Origin: an uncultured Bacteroidaceae bacterium
Lineage (GTDB): Bacteria; Bacteroidota; Bacteroidia; Bacteroidales; Bacteroidaceae
Length of the DNA stretch: 64,000 bases
NCBI GenBank assembly: GCA_905235285.1
Contig: CAJOLI010000013.1
Span: 6,116 to 70,115 of the forward strand
Direction of reading: 5' to 3'
In this document: positions 18,324-27,242 of the stretch, piece after piece
Layout: every line of letters starts with the position of its first letter
Position numbering within the stretch: the stretch's first letter is position 1
Translations under genes and position numbers: made by a program
The notes under the pieces: generated by a model
What the model was told of the DNA's origin: nothing
Database searches by the model: none
The model's input: the letters and a program-made list of their open reading frames with translations, nothing else

Positions 18324-21300
18324 ATGCACATAAGACCTATCCTTTTATTGCTGCTGAGCTGTCTGACGATGACGGCAGCGGCGGTTCCCCGCAAAGACCC
18401 ACCCCCAGACTCTCCCCCCGCCCTCCCTGTTAGGGAGGGAGCAGATACCATCAGACTGGATGAAAGATATCTGCCCTCAAAGGTGACCGCTCCCTCCCTA
18501 ACAGGGAGGGCTGGGGGAGAGTCCGGCTTCCTGACCGTGGACAGCCGTTCGGGGCTGGCGCAGAACAACGTGAAGAGCATCGCTCAGGATGACTTCGGCT
18601 TCGTATGGCTGGGCACCAAGAACGGGCTGTGCCGCTACGACGGCCGCTCGCTGCGCACAGTGCGTGTGGCGGATGGCGATACGGGGGCTGCCAACCAGAA
18701 CATCTCGGCGCTGGAGCGGGAGGCGGGCCACCTGCTGTGGGTGGGCACCGACCAGGGGCTGTTCCTCTACGACCTGAGCGCGGACCGCTTCCTCCATGTG
18801 GAGACGGCTGCTGCCGACGGGCAGCGGATGACGAACTGGGTGTCCGAGATCTGGCACGACGGCGAGGGCAATGTCTGGGTGGTGGTGCCCGACGAGGGCA
18901 TTTTCAGAATTGCCTGTGCAGGGGGTGGCGGCGCCGAGGCGATGGCCACGGCTCCGCTGCACCATTATGCCAATCCGGGGCAGACGAGTTCGAACCACTT
19001 CAGCTGCCTCAGCGTGGGACCCGGCGGCGAGGTGTGGGCCAGCGGATGGAACATTGGGCTGTGGCGCTACGTGCCGCAGACCGACGGCTTCGAGCAGCTG
19101 CGCGAGGATGCCACGGGGCGCCCGCTGGTGGGCATCCAGACGAACACGCTGACGTCGCTGGCCGACGGCTCGCTGGCGATGGCGGTGCAGGACGGGCACC
19201 TGTTGCTCTACTCCCCCATCAGGGGCGAGCTGACGGAGAACCCGTGGCAGGATTTCAGTGCGACCATCGTGCGCGGCGCCAGGGCCTACGGTGAGACGCT
19301 GCTCGTGGGCACCTACGACGGGCTCTACCTCATCAACACGCGGACGGGCGAGGCGGCCCACTACAGCCACGACCGCAACAACCGTCTCAGCCTCTCCGAC
19401 GATATCATCTACTCCATCTTCCGCGACCGCGAGGGTGGCTACTGGCTCGGCACCATGTTCGGCGGCGCGGCCTACCTGCCTGCGCGCGAGCAGATGTTCA
19501 CGGTCATCCAGTGCGACGATGTGGGCCGCACGCTCTCGAGCGACCGCATTCGCCAGCTGACCACCGACGGCGGCACCAGCCTGTGGCTCTGCACCGAGGA
19601 CAGGGGCATCAATCACATCAACCTCGCCACAGGGCGTATAACGCCTGACGTAGGTCATACGGACAGCAAGGACGACAACTACACCGTCTGCCTCACCTAC
19701 TTCCAGGGGCGGCTCTACGCCGGCATCAACAAGGTGGGCGTCAAGGTGGTCGACACGCGCACGGGCCAGACACTCTTGCTCTCAAACAGCCTGTTGGGAA
19801 TGCCCGAGGGCGCGAGTACGTACGACATCAGCGTCGACCGTCAGGGCCTCTTCTGGCTGGCCACGGACAAGGGCGTGTGGCGCGGCCGCCTCGACACAGG
19901 AAGCGCGCTCACGTCCGTCGAGGGCTTAGAGGACCTGTGGGCCTACCAATTGCTTCATGACAGGCGAGGCGACGTCTGGGCGGCGCTCATGGGTGGCGGT
20001 TTGGCGCATTTAGATATAAGGAACGGGCGCGTGAGGCGCTACCTGCCCGAGGCCGACAACCCACACAGCCTCTCGTCGGCCAGCGTCAGTGCCGTATTCG
20101 AGGACAGCCGGGGGCGTATTTGGCTCAGCACTGACCGGGGTGGCATCTGCCGCTACCGCCCCGAGAGCGACGACTTCGAGCGCTTCAACACGGAGCAGGG
20201 TCTGCCCGACAACGTGGCCTACAACATCCTTGAGGACAGCCACCAACGCCTCTGGTTCGGCACCAACCGAGGGCTGGTGCAACTGGATCCCGCCACGGGG
20301 CGCATACGCCTGTTCACCACTGCGCAGGGCCTGCCCAGCAACCAGTTCAACTACAAGGCAGCGTTGGCATTGAACGGTAACACGTTCTTCTTCGGTACCA
20401 TCAACGGCCTCGTGCGTTGTCACCCCGACTTGTTGGCCTCTGACGGTGAGGGAGGGCGGACTGCCTCAGCCGCCGACCTGCTCATCACGCGCCTCAGCAT
20501 CGACGGACAGGAGGTGACGCCGCAGTCTCCGCACTCGCCTCTGAAGCACAGCATCATGGAGACCGACCGCATCACGTTGCCCTTCAGGCATTCCAACATC
20601 AGCCTCGACATAGCACTGCTCTCCTACGGCGACCGCCTGGAGACGGCCTACGAGTACCGCCTCGAGCCGCTCGACGAAGAGTGGCATCCAGTGCCTGACG
20701 GCGGCCTGACATTGGCTAACGTAGGTTCGGGCACCTATACGCTACGCCTGCGATCCTCGGGACTCACGGGCGACAATGCGAGCCAGCGCGAACGCACGCT
20801 CATCATCGTCGTGCGACAGCCGCTGTGGCGACAGTGGTGGGCCATCGTGCTCTACTTCATCGCCGCTGCCGCCCTCGTCAGCCTCTGGGCCATCTGGTAT
20901 CGGCGCCGCAAGGAGCGGCAGTTTCAGGAGCGGCAGCACGTCTTCGCCATCGAGAAGGAAAAGGAACTGAGCGAGAAACGCATACAGTACTTCACCGAGA
21001 TTGCGCACGAGATACGTACGCCGCTCACCCTCATCAGCGGACCACTCGAGGTCATCGAGCGGGCGGGCATCGACAACCAGCGCGTGGCCCACAACCTGAG
21101 CGTCATCCATCAGAACACCAACCGACTGCTGAACCTTGCCTCGCAGCTCCTGGACTTTCAGAAGGTCGATTCGGGAGAGTTGCACCCGCAACTGGAGACG
21201 GTCAACGTCAGCGAATTGCTGCGCGACACGATGGAGCGCTTCGAACCTACCTACGCCCTGCGCGGCAAACGGCTCCTACAGCTGCACATCGAGCCTGCCG

Positions 21301-22589
21301 TGCTGGCACAGATTGACCGCGAGGCCGTGACGAAGATCCTGAGCAACCTGCTTAACAACGCGCTGAAATATGGAGAGTCACGCTGCGAGGTGGAATTGAC
21401 CTCCGACCGTTCCAATCTGCGTCTCGCCGTCTTCTCCGACGGCCCCGTCATTCCCATGGAGCGTCGCGAGGCTATCTTCGACCCTTTTGTACAGTTGCGC
21501 AAACGCAAGCCCGACACCGACGAGCCCACCGGCGGCGTAGGCATCGGTTTGGCGCTGTGCCGCTCTCTGGCCAGGATGCATAATGGAACTCTGGTATTGG
21601 AGACCATTGCTGCCGATGGTCCTGCCCTGAGCCAATCGAAGGGCGCTGACCACCCCGAAGGCAACCGCTTCGTCCTGACAATACCCCTTGGCGAGGCTGC
21701 CATCACCGATGATGCCCCCGATGCGCCTGCCCGGCAGACGCTGCCCGATGCGGCCACCCTTCCCGAGGAGCGTCTGCTCACTCAGAGCGACGTGCGCGGT
21801 GCCAACATCCTGCTCGTCGAAGACGAGGACGGCCTCCGCGAGTTCGTCAGCGAGCGTCTACGTGAGGATTTCATTGTCGAGACAGCTGCCAACGGGCAGG
21901 AGGCGCTCGAGAGGATTCGCGCTACACACATCGACCTCGTCGTGGCCGACATCATGATGCCCGTCATGGATGGTATAGAGCTCTGCCGCACCATCAAGCA
22001 AGACATAGAGCTCAGTCATATTCCCGTCATCTTCCTCACCGCCAAGAACGACACCGACAGCAAGATAGCTGGTCTGCAGGTGGGGGCTGAGGCCTATATC
22101 GAGAAGCCTTTCGCCTGGGACTTCCTGCGCATGCAAATCGTCTCGCTGCTCTCCAACCGCCAGAAGGAACGCGAGGCCTTCGCCAAACGCCCGTTCTTCC
22201 CCATGAATGGAATGCAGATGAGCCGCGAGGACGAGGAGTTCATGGAACGTGCTCTCGCGGTCATCAACCAGCATCTCTCCGACGAGAGCTTCAACGTCGA
22301 GGCGATGGCTTCGGCCTTGTTCATGAGCCGCAGCAGTCTCCTGCGCAAGATCAAGACGCTCTTCGATATGCCGCCCCTCGACTTCATACGCCTCATCCGC
22401 CTGAAGAAAGCTGCCGACCTCATCCAGGATGGGCGCTACCGAATGGGCGAGATTAGCCTCAAAGTAGGCTTCAGCAACCATAGTTATTTCTCCAAACTCT
22501 TTTGCCGACAGTTCGGCATGACGCCCAAAGACTTCGAGAAACAGATACAAGAGCAGCGAGCCAAAACGAAGGATCTGCGTCAAAAATAG
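18324..22589 (+). CDS. Hybrid two-component system sensor kinase/response regulator with AraC-type HTH (HTCS)
   Basis: The protein has a signal peptide and periplasmic Reg_prop repeats (FGFVWLGTKNGLCRYDG, repeated). It then has a TM segment, HisKA (FTEIAHEIRTPLTLISGPLE) and an HATPase domain. The C-terminal part is REC (ILLVEDEDGL...VADIMMPVMDG) followed by HTH_AraC (SYFSKLFCRQFGMTPKDF). Confidence 0.9.
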   Translation: MHIRPILLLLLSCLTMTAAAVPRKDPPPDSPPALPVREGADTIRLDERYLPSKVTAPSLTGRAGGESGFLTVDSRSGLAQNNVKSIAQDDFGFVWLGTKNGLCRYDGRSLRTVRVADGDTGAANQNISALEREAGHLLWVGTDQGLFLYDLSADRFLHVETAAADGQRMTNWVSEIWHDGEGNVWVVVPDEGIFRIACAGGGGAEAMATAPLHHYANPGQTSSNHFSCLSVGPGGEVWASGWNIGLWRYVPQTDGFEQLREDATGRPLVGIQTNTLTSLADGSLAMAVQDGHLLLYSPIRGELTENPWQDFSATIVRGARAYGETLLVGTYDGLYLINTRTGEAAHYSHDRNNRLSLSDDIIYSIFRDREGGYWLGTMFGGAAYLPAREQMFTVIQCDDVGRTLSSDRIRQLTTDGGTSLWLCTEDRGINHINLATGRITPDVGHTDSKDDNYTVCLTYFQGRLYAGINKVGVKVVDTRTGQTLLLSNSLLGMPEGASTYDISVDRQGLFWLATDKGVWRGRLDTGSALTSVEGLEDLWAYQLLHDRRGDVWAALMGGGLAHLDIRNGRVRRYLPEADNPHSLSSASVSAVFEDSRGRIWLSTDRGGICRYRPESDDFERFNTEQGLPDNVAYNILEDSHQRLWFGTNRGLVQLDPATGRIRLFTTAQGLPSNQFNYKAALALNGNTFFFGTINGLVRCHPDLLASDGEGGRTASAADLLITRLSIDGQEVTPQSPHSPLKHSIMETDRITLPFRHSNISLDIALLSYGDRLETAYEYRLEPLDEEWHPVPDGGLTLANVGSGTYTLRLRSSGLTGDNASQRERTLIIVVRQPLWRQWWAIVLYFIAAAALVSLWAIWYRRRKERQFQERQHVFAIEKEKELSEKRIQYFTEIAHEIRTPLTLISGPLEVIERAGIDNQRVAHNLSVIHQNTNRLLNLASQLLDFQKVDSGELHPQLETVNVSELLRDTMERFEPTYALRGKRLLQLHIEPAVLAQIDREAVTKILSNLLNNALKYGESRCEVELTSDRSNLRLAVFSDGPVIPMERREAIFDPFVQLRKRKPDTDEPTGGVGIGLALCRSLARMHNGTLVLETIAADGPALSQSKGADHPEGNRFVLTIPLGEAAITDDAPDAPARQTLPDAATLPEERLLTQSDVRGANILLVEDEDGLREFVSERLREDFIVETAANGQEALERIRATHIDLVVADIMMPVMDGIELCRTIKQDIELSHIPVIFLTAKNDTDSKIAGLQVGAEAYIEKPFAWDFLRMQIVSLLSNRQKEREAFAKRPFFPMNGMQMSREDEEFMERALAVINQHLSDESFNVEAMASALFMSRSSLLRKIKTLFDMPPLDFIRLIRLKKAADLIQDGRYRMGEISLKVGFSNHSYFSKLFCRQFGMTPKDFEKQIQEQRAKTKDLRQK
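18408..18523. repeat. Nested palindromic element, copy 2, in-frame inside the HTCS coding sequence
   Basis: The sequence is GACTCTCCCCCCGCCCTCC-CTGTTAGGGAGGGAGC-core-GCTCCCTCCCTAACAGGGAGGGCTGGGGGAGAGTC. It is read as DSPPALPVREGADTIRLDERYLPSKVTAPSLTGRAGGES. Confidence 0.85.
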
Positions 22590-22663
22590 CCCGTTTCATC
22601 GCTTCTGCATCATTTGTTGCAGAAAATGGTGCATAGATGCTTTCGCATTCAACAGGGTTTGCC

Positions 22664-22671
22664 TACTTTTG
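22664..22671 (+). promoter_or_regulatory. -7 promoter box TACTTTTG, candidate promoter of the esterase/glycosidase operon
   Basis: Exact TAnnTTTG match about 300 nt upstream of the ATG at 22968, which implies a long leader. Confidence 0.35.
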
Positions 22672-22840
22672 TAGCGTGAATCCTGTTTTTTGTTATTCAA
22701 TGGACTGAGTCCACTTTAAAAAGTATGATAAGACCCAACCCCGACCTTACCCGTCCTCAGCAGAGGAGTTCTGCTTCGGTCGCTCAGGATGGCTTGACAT
22801 TCAGTCAACCCATTATTCCCTTCGCTACCCGTCAGGGAGG

Positions 22841-22944
22841 GGAGAGAGGTGGCCCCCCTACGGCCCCCGAGAGGGCTTCTATACCTTTGTTAGCAGAGGA
22901 CAAGGGTTCCGTAGCCCCCTCGGGGGCTGAAGGGGGGCCTCTCC
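22841..22944. repeat. GC-rich imperfect hairpin element in the operon leader
   Basis: The left arm GGAGAGAGGTGGCCCCCCTACGGCCCCCGAGAGGGC pairs with GTAGCCCCCTCGGGGGCTGAAGGGGGGCCTCTCC. The ~34-nt loop contains TACCTTTG. The element is open on both strands (ORFs 22725.. and 22832..23206). Confidence 0.7.
22882..22889 (+). promoter_or_regulatory. -7-like box TACCTTTG inside the hairpin element loop
   Basis: Exact TAnnTTTG match 79 nt upstream of the ATG at 22968. Confidence 0.3.
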
Positions 22945-22967
22945 TAAATGATAAATCGTATGATGAT

Positions 22968-25037
22968 ATGAAAAAAGCAATTTTCCTTTTAGCATTGAGC
23001 TTTGCCGCCTCAGCTGGCGCCGAGGTGCGCCTGCCGGGTTGGATGACCAACAACATGGTGCTGCAGCAGCAGACCTCTGTCCACCTCTCGGCCACGGCCA
23101 AGAAAGGGGCTACCGTGAAAATCACCGCTTCATGGGACGGCCAGACCCGCAAGGCGCAGGCCGACAAGCAGACAGGTGTTTTCAACTTCGACCTCTCTGT
23201 TCCCAAAGCCGGAGGGCCCTACACGCTGACGTTTGATGACGGTCGTAAGACCGTGCTGGAGAACGTCATGGCGGGAGAAGTCTGGTTCTGCAGCGGTCAG
23301 TCGAACATGGAAATGCCCGTGAAAGGGTGGGGACAGGTGAAGGACTTCGAACAGGAAGTGGCAGCTGCCAACCACCCGCTGGTGCGTCTGTTCCAAGTAG
23401 AGCATACGGTAGCCCATCAGCCACAGACTCGTGTGCCGCTGGGCCACACTCGAGGGTGGGCGGTCTGTTCGCCCCAGATGGTCGAGGAATTCTCCGCTGC
23501 TGCCTATTTCTTTGCCCGCGAAGTGTCGCAGCGATTGGGCGTTGCCGTGGGCGTGGTCAATAGCAGTTGGGGCGGCACGCCTGCCGAGACGTGGGTCAGC
23601 CATGAAGCGTTGAAGCACGTAAATGGCTTCGAGCAGCAGCTGGCACGTATTGAAGAAACCGGCTTTGACGACGCGAAGATCAATGTGCTCTACGAGACGG
23701 AGCGCGAAGCTTGGAACCGTCAGTTCTTTGCAGCCGACCAGGGACTTACTGACGGAGACATCAACAGTCCGCGTTGGACAGCTGTCGACACGAGCGATGG
23801 CCAGTGGAAGACCATCAACCTGCCGGGCGAATGGGAGACGTCCGTACTGCCAGGCTTCGACGGAGTAGTCTGGTTCCGTAAGAGCGTGGAGGTTCCTGCC
23901 AAACTGGCTGGAAAAGACTTGACGCTGAAACTCGGACAGATAGACGACGAGGATATCACTTATTTCAATGGTGAGAAGATAGCTCAGGGTGCCGGCTGGA
24001 CGACCCCGCGCACCTACACCGTGCCGGGAAGATTGGTCAAAGGCGGTTGCAACGTCATCACCGTGCGCGTGCTCGACACGGGTGGCGAGGGCGGCTTCCG
24101 CGGCACCGACGAGGACATGAGCCTCAGTCAAGGACTGACTACCTTGCCACTGGCTGGAGAATGGCGCTTTGCCATTGGCTTGGATGGCAGCCAGGTAGGG
24201 CCCGCGCCTAAGGCACCCGATGATTCGTGGTATCCCTCGAACCTCTTCAATGCCATGGTCTCTCCCTTCCTGAACATGCCTGTTCGCGGCTTCCTCTGGT
24301 ATCAGGGCTGTGCAAACGTAGGACGAGCCGTTCAGTACGAGAGCCTCTTCCAGACACTGATCCACGACTGGCAAGCGCGCTTCAATCGCAATGCCGACGT
24401 GGCCGCCTTCCCGAAGCCTGCCCCATCGCAGAACGACCGTCGCCGCTTCTTCCAGCAACAGGACACGAAGGCACTACCCTTCTATTTCGTACAGATAGCC
24501 AACTACTTGCAACGCCACGACTTGCAGCCGCAGTCGGAATGGGCTGCCATCCGCGAGGCTCAACGCAAGGCGCTGCAACTGGACGGAGTGGGCATGGCTG
24601 TGAACATCGACATTGGCGAGGCCAATGATATTCATCCAAAGAACAAGCAGGAGGTGGGGCATCGCTTGGCGCTGTTGGCACTGAATCGCACCTATGGACG
24701 AGATGAAGCCTGTGCCGCGCCGGAGTGCTTCGGCATGCGCATCAGCGAGGGCAAGTGCATCCTCACGTTCCGTCCCACTCAAGGCGGCGAGATGCTGGCC
24801 GAGAATGCTGACATCAAGGGCTTCAGCATCGCAGGTCCAGATCATCGCTGGCACGTCGCCAAAGCTCACACGGAGGGGCAGGGGTTCATGCAGCGCGTCG
24901 TAGTGGCGTCGCCCGATGTACCCCTTCCCGTAGCCGTCCGCTACGCTTGGGCTGATAACCCCGAATGTAATCTCCAAAGCACCAATGGTCTTCCCGTAGG
25001 TCCCTTCCGCACCGACGATTGGCCCGACTTCAAATAA
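22968..25037 (+). CDS. SGNH-type carbohydrate esterase, sialate O-acetylesterase-like
   Basis: The start is MKKAIFLLALSFAASAGA (signal peptide). The SASA/SGNH motif is GEVWFCSGQSNMEMPV...SSWGGTPAETW...LWYQG. The upstream 81 codons of the track ORF are a read-through of the repeat element. Confidence 0.75.
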   Translation: MKKAIFLLALSFAASAGAEVRLPGWMTNNMVLQQQTSVHLSATAKKGATVKITASWDGQTRKAQADKQTGVFNFDLSVPKAGGPYTLTFDDGRKTVLENVMAGEVWFCSGQSNMEMPVKGWGQVKDFEQEVAAANHPLVRLFQVEHTVAHQPQTRVPLGHTRGWAVCSPQMVEEFSAAAYFFAREVSQRLGVAVGVVNSSWGGTPAETWVSHEALKHVNGFEQQLARIEETGFDDAKINVLYETEREAWNRQFFAADQGLTDGDINSPRWTAVDTSDGQWKTINLPGEWETSVLPGFDGVVWFRKSVEVPAKLAGKDLTLKLGQIDDEDITYFNGEKIAQGAGWTTPRTYTVPGRLVKGGCNVITVRVLDTGGEGGFRGTDEDMSLSQGLTTLPLAGEWRFAIGLDGSQVGPAPKAPDDSWYPSNLFNAMVSPFLNMPVRGFLWYQGCANVGRAVQYESLFQTLIHDWQARFNRNADVAAFPKPAPSQNDRRRFFQQQDTKALPFYFVQIANYLQRHDLQPQSEWAAIREAQRKALQLDGVGMAVNIDIGEANDIHPKNKQEVGHRLALLALNRTYGRDEACAAPECFGMRISEGKCILTFRPTQGGEMLAENADIKGFSIAGPDHRWHVAKAHTEGQGFMQRVVVASPDVPLPVAVRYAWADNPECNLQSTNGLPVGPFRTDDWPDFK

Positions 25038-25077
25038 AAGAGATCATTCCTTTCATGAGATATAATACTTTTCCAAT

Positions 25078-27234
25078 ATGAAAATCAGAAAGCTCTTCTT
25101 TTGGTTGTGCTGCTGTGCAGCAACCATAATCCCCGCCTCTGCCGTGGCCGATGACCTCATCCGCGTGCAGACCCGCAGCCTCGACCTCATCCTGAAGGTT
25201 AAGGATGACGGCCGCGTCACACAATCCTATTTCGGCAAGCGCCTGCGCCACGAGAGCGACCTCGGCTGGCTGGAGGATGGCCGCGAGGCCTACCTCACAC
25301 GTACGGCCGACGTCTACTTCGAGCCTGCCCTCGACATCACGCATGCCGACGGCAATCCCTCCACGCGTCTGCGCCACACCGGCCACTCGACCCACCAGCT
25401 GGGTCAGGGGGTGCAGGAGACTGTCGTCACCCTCGAGGACGACAAGGAGCCCACGACCGTGCGTCTGCATTATGTGGCATACTCGGCCGAGGATGTCATC
25501 AAGGTCTACACCGAGATCGTGAACCGTCAGAAGAAGCCTGTGCAACTGAAGAAGTTTGCCTCCTCTGTGCTCCACTTCGACCGTGCGGCCTACTACCTCA
25601 CTCAGTTCAACGGCAACTGGGCCGACGAAGCTAAGATGACCACCACGCCCCTCGCCTTCGGCAAGAAGACCATGGACAGCAACCTCGGCACGCGCGCCGA
25701 CATGTACGCCTCGCCGCAGTTCATCGTCTCGCTGGATAAGCCCGCCACGGAGACCACGGGCGAGGTGCTCCTCGGCCAACTCGGCTGGACTGGCAATTTC
25801 CGCTTCGTCTTCGAGGTGGACGAGCAAGGAGGCCTGCGCATCCTCTCCGGCATCAATTCCGACTACTCCGAGCGCACGCTCGCACCCAACGAGACATTCC
25901 GTACAGCCGACTTCTACTTCACCCTCAGCCAGAGCGGACTCCAGCAGGCGTCGCACAACCTGCACAGCTGGGCACGCCACCACCAGCTCAAGGACGGCAC
26001 GGCCGAACGCATGACGCTGCTTAACAACTGGGAGGCCACCTATTTCGACTTCAACGAGCAACGGCTGGTGACCCTCATGGACGATGCCGTGCGCCTCGGG
26101 GTGGATATGTTCCTGCTCGACGATGGCTGGTTCGCCAACAAATACCCGCGCAGCGCGGACAATGCCGGTCTGGGCGACTGGGACGAGACGCGCACGAAGC
26201 TGCCCAACGGCGTCGGACGTCTCTGCGATGCTGCCCGCGAGAAAGGCATCCGCTTCGGCATCTGGATTGAGCCCGAGATGGTCAACCCCAAGAGCGAGCT
26301 CTACGAGCGTCACCCCGAATGGGTGCTGCAGACGCCTGGACGCGAACCGGCTCTCTTCCGCAATCAGCTCGCCCTCGACCTCACCAACCCACAGGTGCAG
26401 GACTTCGTCTTCAGTATCGTGGACGGTCTGATGACCAAGTACCCCGAGATAGCTTTCTTCAAATGGGACTGCAACGCACCCATCATGAATCCCTATTCGC
26501 CCTACCTGAAGGGCAAACAGTCGCACCTTTATGTCGACTACGTCCGCGGCCTGTACAGCGTTCTGGAGCGCATCAAGCAGAAGTACCCGCGCCTGCCCAT
26601 GATGATGTGTTCAGGCGGCAGCGGACGAATCGACTACAAGGGACTGGAGTACTTCACCGAGTTCTGGGCATCGGACAACACCGACCCCATCGAGCGCCTC
26701 TTCATCCAGTTTGGCTACAGCTTCTTCTATCCCTCCAAGGCCGTCTGCGCACACGTCACGACGTGGAACAGCCGCGCCAGCGTCAAATTCAGCACCGACG
26801 TCGCTTCAATGGGCAAGCTGGGCTTCGACATCAAGCTCGCCGACATGAGCGAGCAGGACATCCAGTACGCGCAGCAAGCCGTGAAGAACTACAACCGCCT
26901 GAAGCCTGTCATCATGGAGGGCGACCTCTTCCGCCTCGTCTCGCCCTACGAGGGCCAGCATGCTGCCACACTCTATGCCACTACCGACCAGAGCCACGCC
27001 GTACTGTTCACGTTCGATGTCCATCCGCGCTATGGCGAGCTGCGTCACAACGTCATCCTGCGCGGCCTCGACCCCGAGCGACGCTATCGCATCCAGGAAA
27101 TCAACCTCATGCCCGGGCAGGACACGTGGGTCTGCGACCGCACCTACAGCGGCGACTATCTGATGACCATCGGCCTCGACCTCTTCACGGGCAACCAGCT
27201 CAACAGCCGCGTCGTCGAGCTGGTGGCAGAATAG
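25078..27234 (+). CDS. GH36 alpha-galactosidase
   Basis: GH36 motifs: FLLDDGWF, LGDWDETRTKLPNG, FGIWIEPEMVNPKSELYERHPEWV, FFKWDCN, CSGGSGRIDYG..., WASDNTDPIERL. Confidence 0.85.
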   Translation: MKIRKLFFWLCCCAATIIPASAVADDLIRVQTRSLDLILKVKDDGRVTQSYFGKRLRHESDLGWLEDGREAYLTRTADVYFEPALDITHADGNPSTRLRHTGHSTHQLGQGVQETVVTLEDDKEPTTVRLHYVAYSAEDVIKVYTEIVNRQKKPVQLKKFASSVLHFDRAAYYLTQFNGNWADEAKMTTTPLAFGKKTMDSNLGTRADMYASPQFIVSLDKPATETTGEVLLGQLGWTGNFRFVFEVDEQGGLRILSGINSDYSERTLAPNETFRTADFYFTLSQSGLQQASHNLHSWARHHQLKDGTAERMTLLNNWEATYFDFNEQRLVTLMDDAVRLGVDMFLLDDGWFANKYPRSADNAGLGDWDETRTKLPNGVGRLCDAAREKGIRFGIWIEPEMVNPKSELYERHPEWVLQTPGREPALFRNQLALDLTNPQVQDFVFSIVDGLMTKYPEIAFFKWDCNAPIMNPYSPYLKGKQSHLYVDYVRGLYSVLERIKQKYPRLPMMMCSGGSGRIDYKGLEYFTEFWASDNTDPIERLFIQFGYSFFYPSKAVCAHVTTWNSRASVKFSTDVASMGKLGFDIKLADMSEQDIQYAQQAVKNYNRLKPVIMEGDLFRLVSPYEGQHAATLYATTDQSHAVLFTFDVHPRYGELRHNVILRGLDPERRYRIQEINLMPGQDTWVCDRTYSGDYLMTIGLDLFTGNQLNSRVVELVAE

Positions 27235-27242
27235 ACAGGCTT

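Noticed and set aside
26319-27242. 5' 308 codons of the 997-aa track ORF 26319..29312
   Set aside because: This part is an out-of-frame overlap of the GH36 gene with an Arg/Pro/His-rich nonsense translation. A proper signal-peptide start (MKTRIFAFLIFLG) occurs at 27243, 9 nt after the GH36 stop.
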